From: Trichechus inunguis
Taxonomy: Eukaryota
Length of the DNA: 64,000 bases
Direction of reading: 5' to 3'
Assembly (NCBI GenBank): GCA_046562895.1
Contig: CM102154.1
Coordinates: forward strand, 28,205,733 to 28,269,732
This document shows, one piece after another, positions 53,238-64,000 of the stretch. Position 1 is the stretch's first letter. The number at the start of each line of letters is the position of its first letter. Both the position numbers and the translations under genes were made by a program. Under the pieces are notes generated by a model. It was given only the letters and a program-made list of their open reading frames with translations, was not told the origin of the DNA and searched no databases.

Positions 53238-53259
53238 CAATAGAACTTTCTGCGATGGT

Positions 53260-53440
53260 GGAAATGTTTCTGTGCTATGAAATATGGTAGCCACTGGCCA
53301 CATGTGGCTGTTCAGCACTTGAAATGTGGCTAATATGACTGTGGATCTGAATTTTTATTTAATTTTGGTTCATTTAATTTTAAATTTAAATAGCCACATG
53401 TGGCCAGTGGCTACTCTTTTAGACAGTGCAAGATTAGAAT
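53260..53440. mobile_element. MER53-like palindromic non-autonomous DNA transposon (MITE)
   Basis: The about 180-bp element has terminal inverted repeats of about 23-40 bp (gtagccactggccacatgtggct at the left end, agccacatgtggccagtggctac at the right) flanking an AT-rich core (aatttttatttaattttggttcatttaattttaaatttaaat). Confidence 0.55.
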
Positions 53441-53602
53441 CAGTGTTGATGGGCTGGATATACCTCCAGTTTTTCTTCAGATTCAATTCATAGTTAAATG
53501 AGTCTAGAAAAGATGAAAAAGAAAGAGACAATGGGGAATAATAATAACCAACATTTCGTGTGTACTTACTATAATCTTAGATACTTATCTAAACACTTAA
53601 TG

Positions 53603-53762
53603 AAAACCAAACCCATTGCTGTTCAGTCAATTCTGACTCCTGGTGACCCCATAGGACAGAGTAGAACTGCCCTGTAGGGTTTTCAAGGAGCAGCTGGTAG
53701 ATTCGAACTGCTCACCTTTTGGTTAGCAGCTGAACTCTTAGCCACTGCACCACCAGGGCTCC
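53603..53762 (-). mobile_element. AfroSINE
   Basis: aaaaccaaacccattgctgttcagtcaattctgactcctggtgaccccataggacagagtagaactgccctgtagggttttcaaggagcagctggtagattcgaactgc...ccaccagggctcc. Confidence 0.85.
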
Positions 53763-55049
53763 AAACACTTACTAGGTAGTTTATATAATTCTTGCAACAA
53801 TAATAGCTATTATTACTATCATTCTTGTGTCCCTAGCACTAGAACATTGTTGGTGCTCAATAAATATTTGTTAAATGAATGAGACAGAAACAGGGTTGGA
53901 AAACAGTGATTTGAACCATGGTGGTGGGTAAAACAGCAAGCAGGAAAGATTAGAGTTCAAGAGATGGGGTGGTGGGGGGTGGCAATTCCAATACCTAAGG
54001 AACGGCCATTGGTTTGTGATCTGACGTGGTATAAAAATGGCCTGGGGGCGGCGTCTGACCTCCTCTAACCTCACAAGGAAGAAGAAGAATCAAGATCAAC
54101 AGCCCAAGGCTGATTCCTGTGAGGTGGAGGTTAGACATGCCTCCTCTCTCCACCATCTTTACCAATTCTAACACCAACCATCCCTCCTTCCTCAGCACTC
54201 TCTACTTCTCTGCTGAGTTTGATAATTCGTTGCAATGGCCACACAGAACTCACAGACCATACTCACAGTTGTGGGGTTTATTAGGGAAGAAAGAGGTTAC
54301 AGTTCAGGTTCAGGAATGCTCGGTATACAATACTTCCATCAGGACAACCTCTTCTCAACTGTGCCCATAGGCACACCTCTGTCTGGCCCCTTGGCCTCTG
54401 CCCTGCTCAGACATGTGTTACAAAACTCTTTTTAGCTCTGCCAGTAAATGCCCAGAGGCACCCAACTCCGCTAGCAAGCCTCTTGCCCGAAGCATTCAGC
54501 TTTCTCGCTCTGTGGGCTGGGTGTCTCCTGCCAGTCTCCTGGTTCTGCTGCTGCTGTTTCTCTGCTGCTGCTTCTCACCTTCTTCCAGGTTAAAGCTCTC
54601 TCTCTGTCTCCTGGGGATCCCAGGTCCAAAGGACATGCTCTGCTCCTGGCTCTTCTTCCTTCCTGCCTCTGGGATGGCTCATTGTAAGTCTAGCAGGATG
54701 GCAAAACTGACTAATCCCTTCCTTAGGGTTCCATAGACTTATTTGCATGGCCCCACCCCCACATTGGTGCCATGAACTTTATTTGCATTATTAGCAAGCT
54801 ATCCAATCCCTTTGGTGGGCCATAATTGCCTTATTAGAATAGTCCCACCCAGTCACTTGAGTGGCAGTTACAAGACCATGGTGAGAAAGGCCAGGTAAAA
54901 CTGATCCATCACAGCACATGTGGGATTAAGCTTGTAAAAGTGGGGAGAGAAAATAGCTGAATTCTTACAAAGACAGTGCGTTGTGTGGTTTTGTTACAGA
55001 AATTTCACCTTTTGAGGAGTCCTTCTCTAGTTCTAGGGGTTGCTTAGAT

Positions 55050-55126
55050 CCAAACCAAAACCAAACCAAACCTGTTGCTGTAGAGTCAATTCCAACTCAT
55101 AGTGACCCTATAGAACAGAGTAGAAC
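55050..55126 (-). mobile_element. AfroSINE left half, split by the ERV insertion (continues at 62531-62625)
   Basis: ccaaaccaaacctgttgctgtagagtcaattccaactcatagtgaccctatagaacagagtagaac runs into the LTR. The SINE resumes after the 3' LTR: ...tgctccacagggtttccaagaatgccggtggatttgatttttggttagctcagctgctgagctcttaaccattgcatcaccagggctcc. Confidence 0.7.
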
Positions 55127-58100
55127 TGTTAGGGGGCCTTAAAAAACACCTAATTAATTGGTACTCCACCAGTTATCAGGCCACTCCCAGTCACCTCCCT
55201 GCCACGTGACTCACTTCCTCTTAGTTGTTTTGCAGATTCTCTGGAGAATTCCTGTTGGATCTGGGTCTAACCATCTTAAGGAGCTCAGACATGCGCAGAA
55301 CAGGCAAGGGTGACAGACGACTTCGAAACCCCACGCATGCTCAGTAGAATGGGAAAACTCAGGTCAAGGAATGAAAAAGACTCATGTCAAAAAACCAAAT
55401 TCACCGAACATACATGATCTGCAGTAGGCGAGCCCATTTCAAAAGCGAAGAGTCCCCCTGCCGCTTCTCTTCCAAGTCTTAGCCTCGCCCTGTAATAAAT
55501 AATCAGTAAAAACTATGAATATGTAGAAATTCCTGATCCTGTGCACCTGCCTTCCTCCACCCCTATTTGAGTATGTATAGTTCCCCAAACCTATAAAATG
55601 TAAATGCTTCCTCAAATCAAGGTCCTCAATCTGAGGTCTATACTCCTGAGTTCTCGCTTGCTAGCTTGTGAAATAAACTTTCTTCCTCTCAAAACCAGCA
55701 TCTGAGAGATTGGAGCCTTGCACGCTGGGCATGGACCCATTGGTCTGGTTTCAATTTTGGCACCCCAGTTGGGACCTTAAACAGTTCTATCTACTGTTTG
55801 CCCAGTTTCCTTGGAGCTCCACCGGCTGCGGCCGGACTTTTCGGCGCCCTCAGGCTGCGACTGGATCTCTTTCGACTCAGAGGACGCCGGTAAGTTTGAG
55901 CCCAGTTGGCGGCGTTCCCGGTTATGATGTAAACCCAACTCTGAGAGGATGAAACAGATTAGTCTGGTCTGGAGGTGCCAGATGGGTAACTCCGTTGCCT
56001 GGATTTGGTCGGGAGGGGACTGAGAGGTTGAAACGGAACCAGTTAAGAAACCCCTGGAGTTGAGTTCTGCTCCAAGGCTCACAATCTGAGGGGTGGAAGA
56101 AGCCGCCTAGACACCTCCACCATTAATTCCCATTAACCGTGGGGTCCTGAGACTCTGTCCTCTGGTCTGGTGTGAGCTCACTCTGTCTGTCTCTGTGTGT
56201 GTGTCTGGAAAATGAGGAACGTTCAAGAGATCCTAAAATGTAGCCCACTAAGATGCATCTTTAAGAACTGGGAATATTTTGGGTCAGACCCTGTGAGAAA
56301 AAAAAGATTTTCTTTTGTAACACTGCATGGCCTCAATATGAACTGGCAGATAAGGAAAAGTAGGCAGCAAATTGGTCTCTAAATTATACTGTCCTCCAAC
56401 TTGATCTTTTCTGTTCTCGAAAGGGTAAATGAGATAAAAAGTATTATGTGAAAGCTTTCATGACTCTGTACCAAAACAAAGAGTTACAGAAAAAAGTAAA
56501 ATCTTAGTTCAGAAAGGGACTGATAAATCACACCTGCCACACCTCCCTCTTGATCTTGAGGAGGATCTTCCAGCTCCTGCCACCTTGGCACCTGCGCCGC
56601 CCGCTCCCTACGCCCTGCCTCCACCCAACGGAGCCGGACCACCAGTGACAGCCCCTACTGTTAAGTCTCTCAACCTCTGTATGCACCCTTCCTGGGTCTT
56701 CTGTCCCACCAGTGGGTCCACTGCCCCCATACACAGAGCGGAACAATTTTTGGGCGCCCTGATTTAGCCATTAGGGAAAATGAAAATACCCTGGGTGAGA
56801 CTGATTCTCGAGACAGCTATAGTATCTTAAAACCATGTTCACAAGTTCACTGATCTGGATCCTGAGAGCCCTGAAAATGCCAGAAAGGTCAATATAATCT
56901 TTACAGGACAAAGTGCCCATGTTATTAAAAGAAAGCTTCAGAAAGAAGGAGGTACAGGGTTAAAAATCTCTTGGCTAGCAGAACTGGCCTGCCAAGTTTA
57001 CTCTGAGCCAGATAAGGAGCAAGCAAGCAAGAAAGTTTGCAGACCGGAAGCGCCAGGCAGCCTTCCTAGCTGCAGCCTTGCAGGCTGAAGGCCATCCCCC
57101 AAGAAAACAAAGAAAAGGTGGGTGATCAAGGCCACAGGAGCAGAGAAGCCCCCACACCCATTTGAAAAGAGACCAGTGCAGCTGGTGTAGTAAAAAAAAA
57201 AAAAAAAAAAAAAAAAGGCACTGAAAGTGAGAGTGTACAAAATACCAAACAAAGGAACTGAAAAAGAAAGAGGCAACTCAGTTCCCGGTCATGCCACTGA
57301 AAGATGAGTCAGACTGAGAGGGAACTGGAGGCCAGTCCTCCACCCGAGCCTCTAGTTTATAATGAAGGTGAAAAGAAAACCTGTAAAGTTTCTGGTAGAT
57401 CCTGGAGCGATACATTCATTTCTGATCCGAAGAGAGAAAAAAAGCTACCCAGATGAGGCAGACAGTGTCCGTTGTGAGAATATGAAAAAAGAAGAGCACC
57501 CTCCCTTCCTGCAACCCCTAACTTGTTCTATACAAGAAAAATCTTTAACATAGTCTTTTCTTTACAAAAACAGGTGACGTTTACAAATGACCCTGAATAT
57601 GGGGCCACCAACTTAACCATGAAAAAAGAACATTACAGAGGGTTAGCTGATCCAGATATTGGAGAAACAGTAGTGCCATGAGTGTGTGGCACTGGGGCGG
57701 TCTGGGAGGTTGAGGTTGCCAAGATTATCTCCATCACCGCAGGTCCTAGTCTGGTCTCTGTGTGGGTGTGTGTGTGGCGCTGGTGGGAAAAGAGCTTTAA
57801 CGGAGGGCAAATGTGGTGTGCCTGCGTGTGCGTGTTGTGTAGAGACTTGGAGGAGTGCCGTCGATCCCTAAGTGTTCACCATTGGGTTGTATTTTAAAGA
57901 ACTGAAAACAGTTCAGCTATGGGGATATGAAAAAAAGAAAGTCATGATCAAGTTCTGTAACCAGGATTGGGTATAATATTCCCTGGGGTCGAGTGAGAAA
58001 TGGCCAACTTCAGGTTCTTTATCTCATGATACCATCTTGCAGCTAATGTTCTGCAAAAGGGAGGAGAAATGGGATGAAATCCCTTATGTACAGGCTTTCA

Positions 58101-61100
58101 TGGCATTATATCAAAACAGAAATTTACAGAAACAATGTAAATTAATGGTTTAGAGGGCAGAAAAGCCACAAGACCAGAAAGACAAAGAGGAAGAGATTTT
58201 AGAAGAAAGTGAGCCTTAGGAACCCGTCCCTTTCCCAATGGCACCCCCTGCCCCCTTATGCCCCTTATGTGGCTACTCCCCCGCAGCCATGACTCTGAGA
58301 CCCAGCAAGGGTCAGAAACCAGAAAGAGAAGCTAAGAAAACAGCAGAAAGCCTATATCCCCGATTACAGGATGTGGCCTCTCCTTCTCACACACGCAGTG
58401 GTATTCAATTTGGCCAAGAGCCTCCCTCTTGTGATACAGGGCAAGGGCAGTTTCCTCTTTGCCAGGTTCTGGCAGGAATAGATGATCAAGGGGTGCCCCG
58501 TGGCTTTGTGTGGGTGCACGCTCCTTTCACTTCTACTGAGTAACTGAACTGGAAGAGATCAACGCCCAGTTACTGAGAAGACCCCAGCCAGATGGTAGAG
58601 TTCCTTCAGACTACCTTTGATATTCATCAGCCGACATGGGCAGATGTGCAAGCCCTTCTCTGAGGCCTGCTGACTCAGAAGCAAAGAAGGATGGTTTTAG
58701 AAAAGGTTAGACAAGAGGCAGAAAGTATTCATGAGGCAGGGGCAGGTCTGGCTAGATGACCAGTAGATGTGGCTGTGCCCCTTCAAGACCCCAAGTGGGA
58801 TCCAAACCAGGCGAATGATGTGGTTTTCTTGCACCATTATTTAGAATGCATTCTAGACAGGCTCTGGCAGAGAGCACCCAAACCTAAAAACCTTAACAAA
58901 ATTCAAGAGGTTCACCAAAAGCCAGACGAGAATCCCTCTGCCTTCCTTGAGCGGGTCCTAGAAGCTTACAGAAAACATGCTGATGTGAATCCTGATGATC
59001 CTACTTTCCAGAAGGTTATGAACCTGAATTTTATCTCTCAGAGCACACCCAATATAAGGCGCAAGTGACGGAAAATAGAGAACGGGCTAGATATGACCAC
59101 CTCACGATTAGCTGAGGCAGCCTTTAAAGTCTACAACAACCAGGACCAAGAACAGGAGAAGAAGAAGCACCAGGAAATGAAGCAACAAGCTAGTCTGCTA
59201 GCTGTTGCCCTGGGCCGGCTGAGGGGTCCCCTGGCACACAGAAACACCAAATCTTCAAGATACTCTGCTGCTAACCTGGACCTTGAAGTTTTTCAGGTGG
59301 CAGCAGTTTCATGGTTCAAGGGACATAATGCGCTGGATATGCTGTAGTGTCCCTTCACAAGACCTTGATGAGACATTAAGAGTCAAAAGCCCTTCCTCCC
59401 GGAACTTCGGCCCAGAAGGCCGAACTGATCGCACTGACCAGACTTTAGAGTTGGGAAGAGGTAAAAGAATTAACGTTTTCACGGATTTGAGGTATGCTTT
59501 TTCTATTGTGCATACACATGGGGCCGTGTGGAAAGAGAGGGGATTACTAACATCAGCCAGGAAAGAAGTTAAATATGGGACTGAAATTTTAAAGTTGCTA
59601 AGGCAGTCCTCCTCCTGACCAAGGTGGCTGTTATACACTGTCCAGGCCATCAAGCCGGGGATAACACCTTAGCCAAAGGGAATCGCCTGGCCGATCAGGC
59701 AGCTAAGGATGCTGGAAAAGCCCAAACCCCGGCACAGGTTTTGGCCCTCTTGCCTGATACAGACCTACAGGACTTCACTCCAGGATATTCTCAACAAGAT
59801 AAAGAAAAGGGAGGACAATTGGGTTTCTCAGGGGTAAAACAAAAAACGGGTGGATGTATAACGACAATGGACAAATATTAGTACCAGTACATCTTATGTA
59901 AGATGTAGTACAAGCTGCACACCTCACCACCTATTATGGAAGTGATGTCATGGCCTGCTGGCTACAAAAGCTGATTGTGGGGACTGACATATATAAAAAT
60001 CTTCAGCTTGTTGCCCAGCAATGCATGCTCTGTGCTAAAAAATAATCCCAAGACAGGACAGCCCCCACCTATAGTAGAAGTGCAAGCCAGAGGTATGGGA
60101 CCCAGGGAAGATTGACAGATAGACTTCACTGTCATGCCACCAATGACTGAAGGGATTAAATTCTTACTTGTTTTTGTAGATACTTTCACTAACCAGATAG
60201 AGGCATTCCCTTGCAGAACGGAGAAGGCTGCTGAAGTAAGTAAAGCCTTAATGACAGAAATCATCCCAAGGTTTGGTTTACCTGTCTCCAGTCAGAGTGA
60301 CAATGGAGGAGCCTTTGTGGCCCAAGTGGTTCAACAGGCTTCAGGACTTTTAGGAATTAAATGGAGGCTGCCTGCCTCCTGGAGACCACAGTCGACAAGA
60401 AAGACTGAAAAGATGAATCATACCTTAAAGAAAACAATGGCCAAAATCTGTCAGGAAACCAGCCTTACATGGCTTCAGGTTCTTCCCATTGCCCTACTCA
60501 GAATTAGGGTAGCCCCTAGAAGCAGACTCCAATTGAGTCGGTATGAAATGTTATATGGGAGACCCTTCCTCAAACCCTGGGACCCTGGGCATTGGAGTCA
60601 CACAGACTTGCCTGTGACCAGGGAACTAGATAAAGTCAGGTATGTACAAATTCTTTCTATTACTTTAAAGGCTATTAACCATTATGCAGACAGCAGACTT
60701 ATGTTTCCCACAGATACCCCACTCCACAACCTGAGCCCCGGAGACTGGGCGCTGCTCAAGAGCTGGAATGACTGGACCCCCAGTCAACAACTATGGGCTC
60801 GATGGGAAGAACTTTATGAAGTTCTCCTGGTCACACACTCCTCGGCCAAACTGAAGGGGGTCCGACCTTGGATACATCACTCCAGACTCAAGCTTGTGCC
60901 CCAGTACGAGACTGATCCTCCTCAAATCAACCAGACCGCTCATCCCTGTGACACCGGGAATGGATTGACAGGGGACAGTGAGTAGAGAGGAGCCCACTAC
61001 CCTGATCTTCGCTGGTTACATCAACCTGTAAAGATAGAATATGATATTGAACCTGTTGATGGACTAAAAGTCCTGTTTAAAAAGAAGAAAGTTCCTAGCA

Positions 61101-62530
61101 GCTAAGTAGCCCCAGCTTTTATTTACTGATGTTTTCCGTACATTAGACCCAGTGTGCCCTAAAGGCACAGACTGTTGTCTTGGCATGATTATATTTGCTA
61201 TACTGGTTGTCATTTTCTGGGCTTCTATACTTTACTGTGTCCTGCCTGCTGGACTTAACCATTTTCTCTGCTCCAACTAAAAGCCAGAGTACTTCTATCC
61301 TCTCTGTGCCCAAGAGATGAGGTATCAAATGGGCCTCCGCCATGGTGCATGCTGAAAACCTCACCTCTTGTTAGATACGTCAGCTGGAGTAATGCTGTGC
61401 CACCTTTGTGAACAACTTCACTGGCATAGCCCTACCACTCCACTTTATCTGTCTACCCCCTTGGTCCCTTTTTCCTACCTATGGCCTGCGAATCTTAGCC
61501 CAATTGTCTCCTAGTACCCCCGCCTTTTGTTTTCCTCTCACTTCCAGTGTTTCCTTAACAATTAATTACAGCTTTTACTCTTAGTGCCTTCAAGGGTCCA
61601 ATGATTCTGTCCCCAGACCCGGGTAAGACCTGGGGAGTGTTCTGACTAGTGAGTGTAAATGGGTGACAGACATTTGGAACTTCAGTGTCGGCTGTGTCTC
61701 CTTGCTCTTACCCGTTTTACTGGAAATAGGTTAAAGGCTACTGGCCTTTTGGTCCTCTGTACTACTCCCCCGAGGGAAGGGCACATGCCTCCCCAGCCTC
61801 TGGACCAGAAATCTCAAATCCAGACTTAGGCCAAGGCTTTTGTCCAACAGTGCCCCCCTTCAGCAGGAAACAACCGTGAGCAGTTGTCACCCCCATTCCC
61901 ATGATTGGCAATGGTACAAACCACATGGGCGAGTTGTTAGGGGGCCTTAAAAAACACCTAATTAATTAGTCCTCCACCAGTTATCAGGCCTTTCCCAATC
62001 ACTTCCCTGCCAAGCCACTCACTTCCTCCTGGTTGTTTTGCAGGCTCTCTGGAGAATTCCTGACAGATCTGGATCTAACTGGCTTAAGGAGGTCAGACAT
62101 GCGCAGAACAGATGAGGGTAACAGAAGACTTTGGACCCCCCACACATACTCAATAGTATGGGAAAACTCAGGTCAAGGAATGAAAAGATTCATGTCAAGG
62201 AACCAAAATCACTGGACATACATCATCTGGAGTAGCCGAGCCCATTTCAAAAGCGAAGAGTCCCTTGGCTGCTTCCCTGCCAAGTCTTAGCCCCGCCCTG
62301 CAATAAATAATCAGTAAAATCTATGAATATGCAGGACTTCCTGATCCTGCCCACCTGCTTTCCTCCACCCCATATAAATATGTATAGTTCCCCAAACCTA
62401 TAAAATGTAAATGCTTCCTCAAATCAAGGACCTCAATCTGAGGTCTATACCTCTGAGTTCTCGCTTGCTAGCCTGTGAAATCAACTCCTTGTTCCTCTCA
62501 AAACCAACCTCTGAGATTGGTCCAGTTTCA
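55127..62530 (+). mobile_element. Defective gamma-retrovirus-like (class I) ERV provirus with LTRs, 4-bp TSD GAAC, and rearranged or deleted internal region
   Basis: 5' LTR is at 55127 to about 55713 and 3' LTR at 61935-62530 (about 590 bp, TG...CA, about 90% identical). GAAC occurs at 55123-55126 and 62531-62534. Internal ORFs are MLV-like: gag MA/p12 57917-58543 (PLCGYSPAAMTLRPSKG, a possible reading of the p12-to-CA junction), CA 58769-59068 (PSAFLERVLEAYRKH...FISQSTPNIRRK), RNase H 59283-59881, integrase 60134-60985. PR/RT and most of env are missing. An out-of-place protease-like motif (VKFLVDPGAIHSFL) lies at 57362-57440. Confidence 0.75.
60134..60985 (+). CDS. ERV pol integrase domain remnant (283-aa ORF)
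   Basis: The gamma-retroviral IN-like sequence (…FVDTFTNQIEAFPC…SDNGGAFVAQV…) lies between the RNase H remnant and the 3' LTR. Confidence 0.6.
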   Translation: MPPMTEGIKFLLVFVDTFTNQIEAFPCRTEKAAEVSKALMTEIIPRFGLPVSSQSDNGGAFVAQVVQQASGLLGIKWRLPASWRPQSTRKTEKMNHTLKKTMAKICQETSLTWLQVLPIALLRIRVAPRSRLQLSRYEMLYGRPFLKPWDPGHWSHTDLPVTRELDKVRYVQILSITLKAINHYADSRLMFPTDTPLHNLSPGDWALLKSWNDWTPSQQLWARWEELYEVLLVTHSSAKLKGVRPWIHHSRLKLVPQYETDPPQINQTAHPCDTGNGLTGDSE

Positions 62531-62899
62531 GAACTGCTCCACAGGGTTTCCAAGAATGCCGGTGGATTTGATTTTTGGTTAGCTCAGCTGCTGAGCTCTT
62601 AACCATTGCATCACCAGGGCTCCTGCTTAGACCCATTACTGCTTAAATCATGGGATTACTTTGCCCCTACCCAGGCTCCGCCCAACCCTGCCCTTTCTCT
62701 GTGTCTAGGACCCAGGGATTCTTGCCCCTAAAACTTTCTCTTCTCCTGTTCTGGGCCTCCATTTAGACTCCTGATGTATTCTCTCAAACCTTGTAACCTT
62801 CAAGTCAGCACTGTTGCTAAGGTCTACCCTGCTTTCCTTGTCCAGGAAGCGCCTCAGTCACAGGCTTACAGAATTTTATTTTGGGGTTGCACCATCTAA

Positions 62900-63964
62900 G
62901 GTTGGACACTTTTCTTTTCAAATTTCTCACGGTTTGCTGTAGACACAACCCGGAATGGGGCTGCAGATAGACGGCGCGGGGCTCTTCTCCTGCCTTCCAG
63001 CCCAATGTCCACATAGGCCTCCTGCTGAAAACCGTAGCTCCTGAGCAGGAATAGGTGCCAATGCTGCAACGCTCGGTGCCCCTAGGGGAAAACGGAGGAA
63101 GCTGGGAGAAGGAATTTAGATTAGGTTTGCAGCCCAGCTAATGATGATTGAATCAGGGTGTGTCATCATGGAGAAGGGCCAGCCCACGAGCTCAGCTGCC
63201 GTTGGCTGGTGACTCCAGGACTGGGGACATAAGCCAGCGCCGGGTGAACACTGCACTTACTGTGTCGACGAGACTCAGCGACATCGGCTCTGCGGGGAGG
63301 AGGGCGGGCTCCTCCCTAGGGTGCCGGCGGGACCTTGGAGAATCTGGAGAACCCATGAGTTGGGCATCAGGCGCGTGGGACCCCGGAGGCTCCTGGGGAG
63401 GGGAATGGTTGTCACCGAGACCTGGGAACCCCGCACTCTGGGCCCCAAGGGGGGCGGGAGAGGGAGCAAGTGCCTTGGAGATGTGGAGAGCCCTGACCCG
63501 GAGCCCGGTGCCAGGGGCTAGGCCGCTGAGCGGGGTGAGTGGTGAGGGGTGGGGGGCAGCAGGCGCGGGCAGGGACGCACGCGGGAATCAAGCAGGGTGG
63601 CGCCACTGGAGCAGGAAGGGGACAAGTTAGTGCAGTGTTATCTACACGTAAAAGGAACCGGTGCGTGTGTCTGGGTCTGAGCAACAGATTTCGCCCCCTT
63701 CCCTCACTCCACACGTTACAAAACACTTCTCTCTGCTTTGGTCCTGGAATTCCCAGTGCAAGTCTCCAGCACTAGCGGTCACAGTGGCTTTTGGATGCCC
63801 AGGAATCCAGGGTGCTCTTGGGGGACTGATGGTCGATGTGGAAGTCCTAATAGCTGTGTGGCTCCATTTACCAGGTGGCCAGAGCTTCACACTTCTTTCA
63901 TTTCCTCTGCACCTCTTGGGGATGCTGTTTTACTGTGTTCCCGCCAGACGGCCCTATCTTAACG
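62900..63964. promoter_or_regulatory. CpG island at the window edge (candidate promoter of a gene outside the window)
   Basis: Very high CpG density (e.g. gacggcgcggggctc, gctgcaacgctcgg, ggtgccggcgggacc, gcaggcgcgggcagggacgcacgcggg). No convincing host exon was found in it. Confidence 0.35.
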
Positions 63965-64000
63965 CTTTATTGCTTCTCTTCTCCATTGCGTGGCTCCAGC

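Noticed and set aside
57186-57216. A24 homopolymer inside the ERV leader
   Set aside because: It is not a gene polyA. It probably marks a secondary retro-insertion or simple-repeat expansion within the provirus.
63148-63630. 160-aa plus-strand ORF at the window end
   Set aside because: It is a CpG-island artefact (Gly/Arg/Ala-rich) with no recognisable domain or splice context.

Overview
This window is mammalian nuclear DNA, not prokaryotic. Multiple AfroSINE (tRNA-derived) copies indicate an afrotherian genome, most likely elephant. The gene order matches human 14q11.2: KLHL33(-) | OSGEP(-) <bidirectional CpG promoter> APEX1(+) | PIP4P1/TMEM55B(-). I reconstructed all four genes exon by exon; the CDS lengths are 2397, 1008, 957 and 834 nt, every phase is consistent and each ends in a stop. 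The rest of the window is transposon-derived. Two nested antisense L1 copies occupy 1.4-9.5 kb. A TSD-flanked, near full-length L1 lies at 40.6-48.9 kb. A complete MaLR/MLT1 element with paired LTRs and a 5-bp TSD lies at 49.2-51.2 kb. A defective gamma-retrovirus-like provirus (55.1-62.5 kb, paired LTRs, 4-bp TSD) is inserted inside an AfroSINE. There is also an MLT1 solo LTR, a MER53-like MITE and about 13 AfroSINEs. The most unusual observation is in the KLHL33-OSGEP intergenic region: at least four spliced exons of a decayed SLC12 cation-chloride cotransporter (NCC/NKCC-like) unprocessed pseudogene with frameshifts. Second, KLHL33 here encodes a 798-aa protein with a long acidic N-terminus and two tandem BTB folds. 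PNP, the next human neighbour, was not found; the interval after PIP4P1 is expanded by TE insertions, and the window ends in an unassigned CpG island.
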